Part shown: positions 53,903 to 62,879 of the stretch, piece by piece
How positions within the stretch are numbered: the first letter of the stretch is position 1
How the letters are laid out: the number at the start of each line of letters is the position of its first letter
DNA from: a virus
Taxonomy: Duplodnaviria; Heunggongvirae; Uroviricota; Caudoviricetes
Virus record (IMG/VR): IMGVR_UViG_3300027734_000034
Strand: one strand, 5' to 3'
DNA: 64,000 nucleotides
Made by a program: the position numbers and the translations under genes
Notes under the pieces: model-generated
What the model saw: the letters and a program-made list of their open reading frames with translations, nothing else
What the model was told of the DNA's origin: nothing
Databases searched by the model: none

Positions 53903-55321
53903 ATGCAATTCGCAAACGCAATTTTAAACCAAGAGGCTCGTACCACTAATGGTATGAAGGCTCGTCAATCAACCGCTAACGCATGTGTTGATTTGTTCTA
54001 TAACATCGGTGCAAGCCGTGGTAAGAACATCATCCCGCAATTCACTGCGGCTTATGTAGAAAATGCAGACCTAGCATTGCGTATCGTCCAATGGGCGCGT
54101 GATGTTCGTGGTGGTGCAGGTGAACGTGAATTGTTCCGTCAAGTCATGTTGCACTTGGAAAAGACTAACCCAGCTGATGCTGTCCGTCTTATGTCTAAGG
54201 TGCCAGAACTTGGTCGTTTTGACGATTTGCTAGTTTTCCAAACCAGCGATATGAAGGCTAATGCCTACACTTTGCTTGGTGACTACTTGCGTCAAAGCAA
54301 CGGTCTTGCTGCTAAGTGGACTCCACGTAAGGGCGTGATCGCGGCTGAGATCCGTGACTTCTTCGGTATGACTCCAAAGCAATATCGTAAGACTCTTGTT
54401 GGTATGACTACTGTCGTTGAAACACAAATGTGTGCAAATGACTGGGATAACATCAACTACAGTCACGTTCCAAGTGTAGCGCATAGTCGTTACAAGAAGG
54501 CTTTCGGTCGTCATGGTACAACTTATGTTGAGTACATCAACAAGTTGGTCAAGGGTGAGGCAGGTGTGAAGATCAATGCTAACGCAATCTTCCCACACGA
54601 TGTGTTGAAGGGCCGTATCACTGGATATGGTTCAGCATTAAACTGGTCTAAGACCGAGTTGGATGCAATCGAAGCACAATGGAATGCATTGCCTAACTAC
54701 GTTGGTGACGCTAATGTGTTGCCTCTAGTTGACGTTAGTGGCTCTATGACCAGCAAGGCTGGCACAAAGGGTGACACTACTTGCCTAGAAATCGCAGTTA
54801 GTTTGGGATTGTATTTTGCTGATAAGAACAAGGGTAAGTTCAAGGACTGTTTCTTGACTTTCAGCGACAAGCCAAAGTTGATGAACCTCAAGGGGCCTAT
54901 CAACAAGAAGATTGACCAAATGGTCAGTTCTGATTGGGGCATGAGTACAAACCTACATGGTGCGTTCACTCAAATCCTTGACACTGCTGTCAAGAACAAG
55001 GTTTCACAAGCAGAAATGCCTGAGACACTGATGATTTTCTCTGACATGCAATTTAACGCTTGCGTTAGGTATGATGACAGTGCGATGGAAATGATTGCTC
55101 GTAAGTACGCCGAAGCAGGTTACGATTTGCCTAAGGTAGTTTTCTGGAACTTGAATAGTAGCGGAAACGCTCCAGTCAAGTTCGACAAGGGCGGTACCGC
55201 TCTCGTGTCAGGATTCAGTCCAGCAATCGCTGCTAGCGTATTGGGTGCAGACCCAGATGCATTCAGCCCAGAGGCTATCATGCTCAAGGCTGTGATGAAC
55301 AGTCGCTACGATTTGATGTAA
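53903..55321 (+). CDS. DUF2828 / TROVE(Ro60)-like helical + vWA domain protein
   Basis: T.NG, RDVRGGAGER, GRFDDL, AAKW.PR, vWA MIDAS DVSGSM, SDMQF, VFWNL, LVSGFS. Confidence 0.8.
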   Translation: MQFANAILNQEARTTNGMKARQSTANACVDLFYNIGASRGKNIIPQFTAAYVENADLALRIVQWARDVRGGAGERELFRQVMLHLEKTNPADAVRLMSKVPELGRFDDLLVFQTSDMKANAYTLLGDYLRQSNGLAAKWTPRKGVIAAEIRDFFGMTPKQYRKTLVGMTTVVETQMCANDWDNINYSHVPSVAHSRYKKAFGRHGTTYVEYINKLVKGEAGVKINANAIFPHDVLKGRITGYGSALNWSKTELDAIEAQWNALPNYVGDANVLPLVDVSGSMTSKAGTKGDTTCLEIAVSLGLYFADKNKGKFKDCFLTFSDKPKLMNLKGPINKKIDQMVSSDWGMSTNLHGAFTQILDTAVKNKVSQAEMPETLMIFSDMQFNACVRYDDSAMEMIARKYAEAGYDLPKVVFWNLNSSGNAPVKFDKGGTALVSGFSPAIAASVLGADPDAFSPEAIMLKAVMNSRYDLM

Positions 55322-55338
55322 CAGTCAATGATTCAAAC

Positions 55339-55361
55339 AATGCCCGGTTCGTCCGGGCATT
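55339..55361 (+). terminator. Hairpin after the DUF2828 gene
   Basis: AATGCCCGG-TTCGT-CCGGGCATT. Confidence 0.6.
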
Positions 55362-55369
55362 GCCATATC

Positions 55370-55398
55370 TTGACAAATAATGGTGAAGGTGATATAAT
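55370..55398 (+). promoter_or_regulatory. sigma70-type early promoter
   Basis: TTGACA-17-TATAAT. Confidence 0.75.
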
Positions 55399-55713
55399 AT
55401 GTCTATGCGTAAATTAAGCGAGAACGGAAAAGTAGCAGTATTATACAGCCCTGACTTTGGTGCAGGATGGTACACATGGAATCAAGACCATCCAGAGATA
55501 TTGTTCGACCCTGCAATGGTAAAACTTGTAGAGAAGGGACAGTATGATGAATTGGCTACTTATGTAGAATTGAAGTATCCTGGCATATATACAGGTGGAT
55601 TGAGTAATTTGCAGGTAGAATGGATAGAAGAAGGTAAAAAATTCCGTGTAGTAGAATACGACGGTGATGAAAGTATACAAGTAGAAGATGATATAGATTG
55701 GATGATAGCATAA
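55399..55713 (+). CDS. Hypothetical phage protein
   Basis: VAVLYSPDFGAGW.TWN..EYDG.E. Confidence 0.65.
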   Translation: MSMRKLSENGKVAVLYSPDFGAGWYTWNQDHPEILFDPAMVKLVEKGQYDELATYVELKYPGIYTGGLSNLQVEWIEEGKKFRVVEYDGDESIQVEDDIDWMIA

Positions 55714-55934
55714 TGTATAAAGTAAAGACAAAAGAACAACAACAAGAATTTTTATCATTAGATTTGGCTATGGAATATGCCAAGCTAATCAATGAGTTCG
55801 TAACCATCAGTGGTGGCGAGTTTGAGATTGTAGGACGATTCGGTGTCGATAGTGTGATAGATGGAAAGACTCCTGATGGAGTAGCATACACTTGGAACAA
55901 GGCAAGCAGAATCGGCCGAGTAAAAAGGAACTAG
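55713..55934 (+). CDS. Hypothetical protein
   Basis: ORF coupled to upstream stop. Confidence 0.55.
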   Translation: MYKVKTKEQQQEFLSLDLAMEYAKLINEFVTISGGEFEIVGRFGVDSVIDGKTPDGVAYTWNKASRIGRVKRN

Positions 55935-55937
55935 TAT

Positions 55938-56072
55938 ATGGCTAATAAAAAACAAGGTAATCTGACAGGTCCACCACAGTGGTGGAAGCACTTAAAAGAT
56001 TGGAAGCGAGTGTTCTGGAAAACAGAACGACAAGCACAAAAGAAAGATATCTCTAAAAGAGAAAAGGAATAA
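55938..56072 (+). CDS. Small basic protein (44 aa)
   Basis: MANKKQG..QWWKHLKDWKRVFWK.ER; AAGGA RBS. Confidence 0.55.
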   Translation: MANKKQGNLTGPPQWWKHLKDWKRVFWKTERQAQKKDISKREKE

Positions 56073-56073
56073 T

Positions 56074-56664
56074 ATGCCATCAGTATTTTTAGTTAGTGAT
56101 ACACACTTTGGCCATGCTGGAGTATGTAGATTTACAGAGAGTGACGGAGTAACAAAGATTCGCCCATGGACTGATCCAGCGGAGATGGATGAGGAAATGG
56201 TCAAACGTTGGAACGAAACTGTTAAGCCAACTGATAAAGTATATCACTTAGGTGATGTGGTCATCAACAAAAAAGCATTACCGACGATGGCTCGCTTAAA
56301 CGGTGATAAAGTATTGATCCGTGGTAATCACGATATCTTCCCTGATAGTGAATATCGTAAGTACTTTAGAGAATTACGTGCATACCATGTTATGAATGGA
56401 ATGATCTTAAGTCATATCCCGATTCATACAGAATCGTTAGGTCGCTTTGGTGTCAACATTCACGGACACTTACATTCAGCTAGAGTTATGAAATCTGGAA
56501 ATGCATCTGGAGAGTATGTCACTAAAGTGATTGATCCTAGATATCATTGTGTATGTGTTGAGCAAACTGACTTCAAACCTATCTTATTCGAAGATGTTAT
56601 CAAACGTATCGAAGCCGAAGGTGGTAGTGTTGGATTTCGCAATGGCAATGGGCCAACGATGTAA
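56074..56664 (+). CDS. Calcineurin-like metallophosphoesterase
   Basis: SDTHFGH, LGDV, RGNHD, SHIP, HGHLH. Confidence 0.92.
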   Translation: MPSVFLVSDTHFGHAGVCRFTESDGVTKIRPWTDPAEMDEEMVKRWNETVKPTDKVYHLGDVVINKKALPTMARLNGDKVLIRGNHDIFPDSEYRKYFRELRAYHVMNGMILSHIPIHTESLGRFGVNIHGHLHSARVMKSGNASGEYVTKVIDPRYHCVCVEQTDFKPILFEDVIKRIEAEGGSVGFRNGNGPTM

Positions 56665-56679
56665 TAGTCGCTAAAAGAA

Positions 56680-56704
56680 AATAGGACCTTCGGGTCCTAT
56701 TTTT
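56680..56704 (+). terminator. Intrinsic terminator with UUCG loop
   Basis: ATAGGACC-TTCG-GGTCCTAT-TTTT. Confidence 0.85.
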
Positions 56705-56751
56705 ATGGTTAAAATTTGTGTTTTTATAATATACGCATAAATAACATTATC

Positions 56752-57210
56752 ATGTTTCAATTCATTACAGACCTATCACACACCTTATTAAGTTTTATCA
56801 AAGACGATCCTGTTCGTCCTGAGATACCTACAGATTTTAGAGTAAGCGACGGCAGAGTTGTCGCTGCACTAACTGATGAAGAACAACAACCAGAAGCAAT
56901 GGTTTGTGTTAGCTTCCATGACTTTGTTCCTGAAGGCATTGAAGATTTGAAGAAAACTGCTCAAGTGCCCACAACGGCAATATTCTATACTATCTGGAGT
57001 TACAAGTCAGGTAAAGGGGCTGAGTTGTTAATTCAAGCGGTCAAAGGGATACAGGAGAAATATCCCAGCGTTACAAGATTTGTCACATTGAGTCCTAAAT
57101 CTAATCTAGCCCGTAGATTCCATCTAAAGAACGGGGCTATTGTTTTCCGTGAAAACATAGACACTACCAACTACGAATACCTGACTGAGATTCCGCTAAC
57201 TAATAGTTGA
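56752..57210 (+). CDS. GNAT-like hypothetical protein
   Basis: DDPVRP..FYTIWSY..G.G..VTLSP..RFHLKNGA. Confidence 0.55.
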   Translation: MFQFITDLSHTLLSFIKDDPVRPEIPTDFRVSDGRVVAALTDEEQQPEAMVCVSFHDFVPEGIEDLKKTAQVPTTAIFYTIWSYKSGKGAELLIQAVKGIQEKYPSVTRFVTLSPKSNLARRFHLKNGAIVFRENIDTTNYEYLTEIPLTNS

Positions 57211-57261
57211 AAACTATAGTTGCAACAACTATAGTTGCAAAAATTGATAGTATTCCGTAGC

Positions 57262-57290
57262 TTGACATTAAATGGAATAGGATGTATAAT
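57262..57290 (+). promoter_or_regulatory. sigma70-type early promoter
   Basis: TTGACA-TTAAATGG..-TATAAT. Confidence 0.8.
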
Positions 57291-57296
57291 ACATCT

Positions 57297-57638
57297 ATGA
57301 ACAGTCAGAAAGCACCCCGTAAGCGCAGAACAGATCGTAATCAGGTCCTGTACTATATCCAAGATGTAGTTACACAGGAAACTTATATCGGTTTGACTGC
57401 ATTGTCATACAAAGGTAATGCGTTTCTTACACTACGCCGTCGTATGCAAAAGCATATGCAACGGGCCTTGACTGAGAACAAGAATTGGGGCCTGTCTCGT
57501 GCATTGCGTGAACATGGTGCCGAGCGTTTTGTATTCGGTGTGATTGAGATTGTGCGTGGTAAGCGTCCTGCACATGAGCGTGAGACAGAATTGATTAACA
57601 CATTGCAACCAGCATTGAACACTTTTGGAGTTAAGTAA
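57297..57638 (+). CDS. GIY-YIG nuclease-like protein
   Basis: VLY..TYIGLT..R..KH..E.ELI...P.LN. Confidence 0.75.
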   Translation: MNSQKAPRKRRTDRNQVLYYIQDVVTQETYIGLTALSYKGNAFLTLRRRMQKHMQRALTENKNWGLSRALREHGAERFVFGVIEIVRGKRPAHERETELINTLQPALNTFGVK

Positions 57639-57832
57639 TGACTATCAATGACGCATACAAATATGCTATGCTTATTCGTAAGCAGGCAAAATTGTATCAT
57701 AATATTCGTTTTGCCGAAGTAGAGGCAAAGATGAAAGAAGAAGGACATCCTGAGGCTGATATCAAGTTAGTTAAGGATTGGATCAATCACTTTGCTAGCG
57801 GTAAAGCAAAACCAAAATGGGTAGAACAATGA
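57638..57832 (+). CDS. Hypothetical protein
   Basis: Coupled ORF in early gene run. Confidence 0.5.
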   Translation: MTINDAYKYAMLIRKQAKLYHNIRFAEVEAKMKEEGHPEADIKLVKDWINHFASGKAKPKWVEQ

Positions 57833-58086
57833 ACCACAGAATGCAAGAACTTTATGATCTGGCTGACAAGTTTGCCAAAGAAAATCGTGTACAAAGCATT
57901 GATGCCCCAGGCAACAACTATTTTGAATTGTTTCACGAAAAGTTTGGTGAGTTGATTGTGCGAGACTGCATAGATGTTGCTAAAAACTGGGATGATCAAT
58001 TGGTAAATTCCAATCTTGTTAAAGAATCAAATGCGGTAGGCATTGTGGCATATAGAATTGCACGAAGATTTGGAGTTGAAGAATGA
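57829..58086 (+). CDS. Hypothetical protein
   Basis: EKFGELIVRDC..FGVEE. Confidence 0.55.
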   Translation: MNHRMQELYDLADKFAKENRVQSIDAPGNNYFELFHEKFGELIVRDCIDVAKNWDDQLVNSNLVKESNAVGIVAYRIARRFGVEE

Positions 58087-58370
58087 ACGATTTTATGTAT
58101 GAACAACAACGGGAATCTATCACCGAAGATTGGGGTGATGAAATATCGTTGGCTCTACTTTCAGAAAAATTAAATCTGCCCCGGGTGTCCTACAGGATCT
58201 ATTATTCCAAGGACAACCTAACTCGCAGAATTTTTATCTTTCGTGGCAACTGTACACCAGCTGAGACTGCGATAATGTTAGGTTTGGGATTTACTTTTGC
58301 TAGTGATGGCGATACAGAAAACATCCCCGATCAACCAGTAGAGGAAGTAGAAGAGGAAGTCAAAGAATGA
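58083..58370 (+). CDS. Hypothetical protein
   Basis: Coupled ORF. Confidence 0.5.
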   Translation: MNDFMYEQQRESITEDWGDEISLALLSEKLNLPRVSYRIYYSKDNLTRRIFIFRGNCTPAETAIMLGLGFTFASDGDTENIPDQPVEEVEEEVKE

Positions 58371-58663
58371 TTGATTACAAATTCATTGGTTGGAAAAATA
58401 CTGATGGCTCAGACAAGGTGTGGGGTGCCATCTACATGGAAGACAGAACTAAGATCCGTCCTAAAGTATTGATCTTCTGGGGCCGTCGTGGTAAGAAACT
58501 GCAAACCAAGATGGATCGTGAAGGTTGGGACTTAGATAAATTGGTTCGAGAAAAACAAGGTAAAGGTTATAACACAATTTATGACTATGAACTGAAAACA
58601 GTCTATCCAGAATTTGAAAGTGATCTGGAAAAGACCACAATGTGGGCACTACTTAAACTATGA
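58367..58663 (+). CDS. WGR-like domain protein
   Basis: SDKVW..FWGRRG..K..KGY. Confidence 0.6.
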   Translation: MIDYKFIGWKNTDGSDKVWGAIYMEDRTKIRPKVLIFWGRRGKKLQTKMDREGWDLDKLVREKQGKGYNTIYDYELKTVYPEFESDLEKTTMWALLKL

Positions 58664-58872
58664 AAACCAAAGAACAAATCATCACCGATATGTGCTATAG
58701 CTATAGACATGATTATGGGCTACGCAAAGATCCTATCGATGACCCATCTTGGACAAGTGGAATGACAGAGCAGGATGCCAAAATGCTTTACAAAACGATG
58801 GAACAGATATATAATAACAACATTGAACCCCTTATTGAATATTACAAAGGAAAACAAAATGTTTCTAAGTGA
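58660..58872 (+). CDS. Hypothetical protein
   Basis: MCYSYRHDYGL. Confidence 0.55.
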   Translation: MKTKEQIITDMCYSYRHDYGLRKDPIDDPSWTSGMTEQDAKMLYKTMEQIYNNNIEPLIEYYKGKQNVSK

Positions 58873-59383
58873 AATTAACAACGCATATCAACATAAAATC
58901 ACCGGTGGAGATGGTTATGGTTGGGACTGTTATGGTTCTAACACATGGTCTATTGACTATACTAGTAAGTACGCACATGGCTATGTAATCTTTGATACAG
59001 TAACTCAAAGAGTTTATGAAGTGAATGTTAGCCCGGCTTTTGGTTCTTGGGGCACTGATGAACATGAACCAAAGCCCTATCGTTATATTGATCCAGACTA
59101 TCGTCTATCACATTATACTGAGGCAAAGGATCGTCATGTTGATGCTGACCAAGCATGGGATGATGTAAAGTGGGTTGACCTAGAAACTGAAGAAGATTTC
59201 ATCGAAAAGGCAACTAAGATGTTCAATGGTGAAGGTTTTGATACCCGTATTCAAGTGCCCGTTGAACTAGATGATGATACACTATTGAAACTGACTATGG
59301 AAGCACATAAGCGTGATATCACATTGAACAAACTGATTGAGGAAATACTACGTGAATTGATTGTCAACGGTCCAGTAGCTTAA
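58859..59383 (+). CDS. Hypothetical protein with C-terminal ribbon-helix-helix-like segment
   Basis: AHKRDITLNKLIEEIL. Confidence 0.55.
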   Translation: MFLSEINNAYQHKITGGDGYGWDCYGSNTWSIDYTSKYAHGYVIFDTVTQRVYEVNVSPAFGSWGTDEHEPKPYRYIDPDYRLSHYTEAKDRHVDADQAWDDVKWVDLETEEDFIEKATKMFNGEGFDTRIQVPVELDDDTLLKLTMEAHKRDITLNKLIEEILRELIVNGPVA

Positions 59384-59404
59384 CTCGTTATATAGGAGAA
59401 TATT

Positions 59405-59785
59405 ATGAAAAAACTTTCTGTGGTAATCGTATCATTAGCATTAAGTGTTAATTCATTCGCTGGTGGCAAAGATGATTGGGTAGCACCATTCATTGTAGGT
59501 GGAATAGTTGGGGCAGTTGTTGTCAACAACATGAAACAACAAGAACGACCTGTTAATGTAATTCGTGTTGACCCGGGATTTGATTGTCGTAGAGGTGTAG
59601 ATTATCCTCACCATGCTTGTTATAATCGCCGTGAACCGAATGTGGCATATCCAGTAGCTAGTTATAGTGCTGCTCCGGTATATTTTAATTCATTCCCATC
59701 AGGTACTCCACCGCGTGGTTATCACTTTGAACAAGTTTATTTTGAGAATTGTAATTGTCTCAAATGGACTATGGCACAAGATTAA
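59405..59785 (+). CDS. Secreted hypothetical protein
   Basis: Signal peptide ending SFA; GGIVGAVV. Confidence 0.55.
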   Translation: MKKLSVVIVSLALSVNSFAGGKDDWVAPFIVGGIVGAVVVNNMKQQERPVNVIRVDPGFDCRRGVDYPHHACYNRREPNVAYPVASYSAAPVYFNSFPSGTPPRGYHFEQVYFENCNCLKWTMAQD

Positions 59786-59786
59786 T

Positions 59787-59975
59787 ATGAATGTACAACA
59801 AAGATTGTTTATGTTAACATTGCAACTACGTATTTTATATTTTATGGCATCAGTTAAATCAGTTTGGCGTTCACTATATACAACCAGTGTGTGGTCTTAT
59901 TTGATGTTTCATGGGTCATTGATTATAGCTAGTTTGTTCGGTATGGTTTTAGTAGTAAGTAACATTTTTAATTAA
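59787..59975 (+). CDS. Small membrane protein
   Basis: Hydrophobic C-terminus. Confidence 0.4.
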   Translation: MNVQQRLFMLTLQLRILYFMASVKSVWRSLYTTSVWSYLMFHGSLIIASLFGMVLVVSNIFN

Positions 59976-59983
59976 GGAATAGT

Positions 59984-60508
59984 ATGGGTAAGAAGAAAAG
60001 AATTGAATCAAAGATTGAACCTAGCAATCTTGAACCACTGTGGGCCAAGACAGGTGATAACTCTTGGATAGCAACATTGCAAGAGGATCCAGAGACAGGT
60101 GATATGATTCTGCCATTGCCAGAAGATTTAATGGAATCACAAGGCTTTGAAGTTGGTGATATACTGAAATGGAAAGATAATAAAGACGGGTCTTACAGTA
60201 TTAGTAAGAAAGTATCCGAAGAGACTGAGTGGGTATTAGTTGAATGCGTTAGTACATTCCGTCAACGCTATATGGTTGAAGTTCCCAAAGGTAAAACTCT
60301 ATGGGCATTGGATACTGTAACAATGGAAGAAGCCAAAGAGTTTAGCCAAGAACATATTGGTGAACAGATTATCAGTCACCGTACTGTATCTAAGAAGGAA
60401 GCATTAGAATTGTGCGACCAAGATAATGCTTACACAAAGTCTTGGGACAAAGAAACAAAAATGAAAAACTTTTTCACTACATGGGAAGAACAGAATGGAA
60501 ACGATTGA
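59984..60508 (+). CDS. AbrB/MazE-like domain protein
   Basis: GDMILPLPEDL....GFEVGDIL.W. Confidence 0.6.
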   Translation: MGKKKRIESKIEPSNLEPLWAKTGDNSWIATLQEDPETGDMILPLPEDLMESQGFEVGDILKWKDNKDGSYSISKKVSEETEWVLVECVSTFRQRYMVEVPKGKTLWALDTVTMEEAKEFSQEHIGEQIISHRTVSKKEALELCDQDNAYTKSWDKETKMKNFFTTWEEQNGND

Positions 60509-60821
60509 TGTATTAGAAGTTCCTTATCAGCCCGCTAAAGATTGGAGTGATAAAGAATGGAATAAGTTTACCAAATGGTTGAATGGTATGCTTAAGGTAA
60601 ACGAAAATGTTACTGTTACCTTTACCAAACAGGATGGTACTGAACGTGTAATGAATTGTACATTAAAGCCAGAACTATTGCCCGAAGCAAAGCCATTGGC
60701 TGAAGGTAAAACTCCGCGTAAAGAATCAACCACAAGCATCCGTGTGTTTGATAATGATTTAAAAGAGTGGCGTAGTTTCACTACAAAAAATGTCACTAGA
60801 GTAGAATTCAGTATTCCTTAA
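60495..60821 (+). CDS. WYL_2/SH3-like beta-barrel protein
   Basis: VTFTKQDGTERVM.CTL..VFD....EWRSF. Confidence 0.7.
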   Translation: METIDVLEVPYQPAKDWSDKEWNKFTKWLNGMLKVNENVTVTFTKQDGTERVMNCTLKPELLPEAKPLAEGKTPRKESTTSIRVFDNDLKEWRSFTTKNVTRVEFSIP

Positions 60822-60832
60822 AGGTAAGACAA

Positions 60833-61417
60833 ATGTTTAATATTAATTTATATAATCCAGATTTTGTGATTGACTGTTCCAAATTAATAGATAGTAAAGA
60901 TATCTATTCGGTAATGAGAAATCAAGGGATCGTAAAAGCCTATGTGTATGGCATGTGTTTTAAACCTGGACCACTAGTAGCACATGATTTTTCTAAAGTT
61001 GGAAAAAGTTGCCCAGATTTGGGTGAAAAGAGAGAATACCAAGTTGGTGAGCGTATTACAAGACAATTAAGTTGGGTTCCGGGTTGGGCCGGCCCACATG
61101 TGCGTAGTGACCATGGTGCAGATTTTTGGTTTGGTATTGTTTATGATTTGATACCAAAGGGATTGTTACCGGCAACTTTTAACAAGGATGATGTAACAAT
61201 TGCTGTTTGGGATGTTTCTAAAAGAATGCCTATGGCAGATATTTATGGCGGTGAAGAACAAGCAACTGGTTGGGCTGAAGGAGAGTTAGCACATCAATAT
61301 AAAAATATTTTTGGTAGACTTCCTCATCTTAATAAACAAGACCCTTCGCAAGGTAAGCACTACAAGAAAGGGTATGTACAAAAATCTATACTAGACCAAT
61401 TTGTTCAATTTACTTGA
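60833..61417 (+). CDS. Hypothetical protein (weak GIY-YIG resemblance)
   Basis: YVYG..KVGKS..ER..E.EL...Y....G.LP.LN. Confidence 0.4.
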   Translation: MFNINLYNPDFVIDCSKLIDSKDIYSVMRNQGIVKAYVYGMCFKPGPLVAHDFSKVGKSCPDLGEKREYQVGERITRQLSWVPGWAGPHVRSDHGADFWFGIVYDLIPKGLLPATFNKDDVTIAVWDVSKRMPMADIYGGEEQATGWAEGELAHQYKNIFGRLPHLNKQDPSQGKHYKKGYVQKSILDQFVQFT

Positions 61418-61442
61418 CAATAAATGGGTAGTGTGCTATACT
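61414..61442 (+). promoter_or_regulatory. sigma70-type early promoter (further copies at 61804 and 63565)
   Basis: TTGACA-ATAAATGG..-TATACT. Confidence 0.75.
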
Positions 61443-61449
61443 ATGGGTT

Positions 61450-61602
61450 ATGAAAAAGCAAACACTCTCATTCGTTATTGAACAGCCCAAACACAGGGCT
61501 CACCGTGTGTTGTTTCAGAACAACACACCTTTCAAACCCAAGTCTGTACAATCCAAACTATTGTACAAGCGCAAACCTAAACATTCCAAACAGGAGTTGT
61601 GA
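61450..61602 (+). CDS. Small basic protein with ArfA-like tail (50 aa, not in ORF track)
   Basis: ..TPFKPKSVQSKLLYKRKPKH.. Confidence 0.5.
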   Translation: MKKQTLSFVIEQPKHRAHRVLFQNNTPFKPKSVQSKLLYKRKPKHSKQEL

Positions 61603-61603
61603 T

Positions 61604-61807
61604 ATGAATGCACATTTGATTACACTAGACCGCTTACTACAGATACACGATTGGCATTATGAGTTTAGTGATGACCACAGAGTCTGGCAGCGTGGCGTGG
61701 ATCAATGGGATAGTATCAAAAAAGAACAGAAAAGATTGTTTGATTCGGGGCTAGCCACAGTAGAGGAAGTCCAAAAATTGACTAATAAATACGCCCCCAA
61801 ATATTGA
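61604..61807 (+). CDS. Hypothetical protein
   Basis: HDWHYEFSDDHRVW.RG; AGGAG RBS. Confidence 0.6.
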   Translation: MNAHLITLDRLLQIHDWHYEFSDDHRVWQRGVDQWDSIKKEQKRLFDSGLATVEEVQKLTNKYAPKY

Positions 61808-61861
61808 CAATAAATGGTTCTAGGTGTATAATACTCGTATTAACATATAAAGGAAATCAAA

Positions 61862-62110
61862 ATGAATTTGAAACTAAAAGCGGCACTATATACCGCAGGT
61901 CTTGTCGTAACAATAGTTGGTGCCAGTTTACTGGTTAGTTATATCGCTAGCATAATGACCGCAACACAGGCTGTATACATACTTGGTGTATTTTGTATTA
62001 GTGGATTGGTATACACAATGTATGGAGTTATGCTGGCCCGTATGGAATACAACGAAAGTTTGAACGAAAGTTTGAAACGGATGAATGAGAAATCGGTTGA
62101 CATTAAATGA
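61862..62110 (+). CDS. Small membrane protein
   Basis: Two TM segments. Confidence 0.55.
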   Translation: MNLKLKAALYTAGLVVTIVGASLLVSYIASIMTATQAVYILGVFCISGLVYTMYGVMLARMEYNESLNESLKRMNEKSVDIK

Positions 62111-62157
62111 GTTTGGGTATATAATAGAGTCTTAATCAGTTAACTAAAGGAGTTTTT

Positions 62158-62436
62158 ATGACTGACATTTCTGAAATCAATCGTGCTATCATCTCTGGCA
62201 ATTTTACTAATGACCAACTGACTAGCATCATTGATGCCGTCAAGTTTGCCCGTGCCCAGATCGCACAACAAAACAAGTACACCTTGACTGTCGGCACTAA
62301 AGTGAAATTCACTAATAGCCGTAGCGGTATGGTAATCATAGGCGATGTGCAAAAAATCAATCGCAAGTTTGTTATCGTCAAGACTGGTCCATTGAACACA
62401 TGGCGTGTTCCGGCTAACATGTTGTCTGCTGCTTAA
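62158..62436 (+). CDS. Hypothetical protein (SH3/KOW-like)
   Basis: VGTKVKF..G.VQKINRK..WRVPANML. Confidence 0.6.
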   Translation: MTDISEINRAIISGNFTNDQLTSIIDAVKFARAQIAQQNKYTLTVGTKVKFTNSRSGMVIIGDVQKINRKFVIVKTGPLNTWRVPANMLSAA

Positions 62437-62446
62437 GGAGTAAATC

Positions 62447-62662
62447 ATGGATAAAGTTTTTGTTGTAGTAGGTGCCGCAATCGTAGGTATTGCTGGTATT
62501 GTATTTCTTAGTTTTCTATTGAGTTGGCCCGTGATGTGGCTCTGGAATAACGCACTAGTTGGAGCCGTTGTCGGTGTCAACGAAGTGTCTTGGGTCCAAG
62601 CATGGGGTATTTCGGTCTTGTTTGGGTTGTTGTTTAAATCTAATGTGAGCACCTCAAAATGA
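62447..62662 (+). CDS. Small membrane protein
   Basis: VMWLWN..VSWVQAWGI. Confidence 0.6.
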   Translation: MDKVFVVVGAAIVGIAGIVFLSFLLSWPVMWLWNNALVGAVVGVNEVSWVQAWGISVLFGLLFKSNVSTSK

Positions 62663-62820
62663 GCAAGATGGCTGAACTATATTACGACATTGAACTGATG
62701 CTAGAGCAGGGTGATCACCCTACTAAAATCTCTAAGATGCTGGAAATCCCTCTAGGAATGGTCTATGATGTACTAGAATCTTTCCCTGACCCTGATCAAG
62801 AATTGAGTACCGAAGGTTGA
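62659..62820 (+). CDS. Small HTH-like protein (53 aa)
   Basis: MLEQG.HPTKISKMLEIP..MVY. Confidence 0.5.
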   Translation: MSKMAELYYDIELMLEQGDHPTKISKMLEIPLGMVYDVLESFPDPDQELSTEG

Positions 62821-62879
62821 CATTAAATGGTTTTGGGTATATAATAGAGTCTTAATCAGTTAATTACAGGAGTTAGTAA

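Larger units (their letters stand above)
62095..62871 (+). repeat. Direct-repeat promoter/RBS cassettes (62095-62153 and 62815-62871)
   Basis: ggttgacattaaatg(a/g)(g/t)tttgggtatataatagagtcttaatcagttaa(c/t)ta(a/c)aggagtt twice. Confidence 0.85.
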
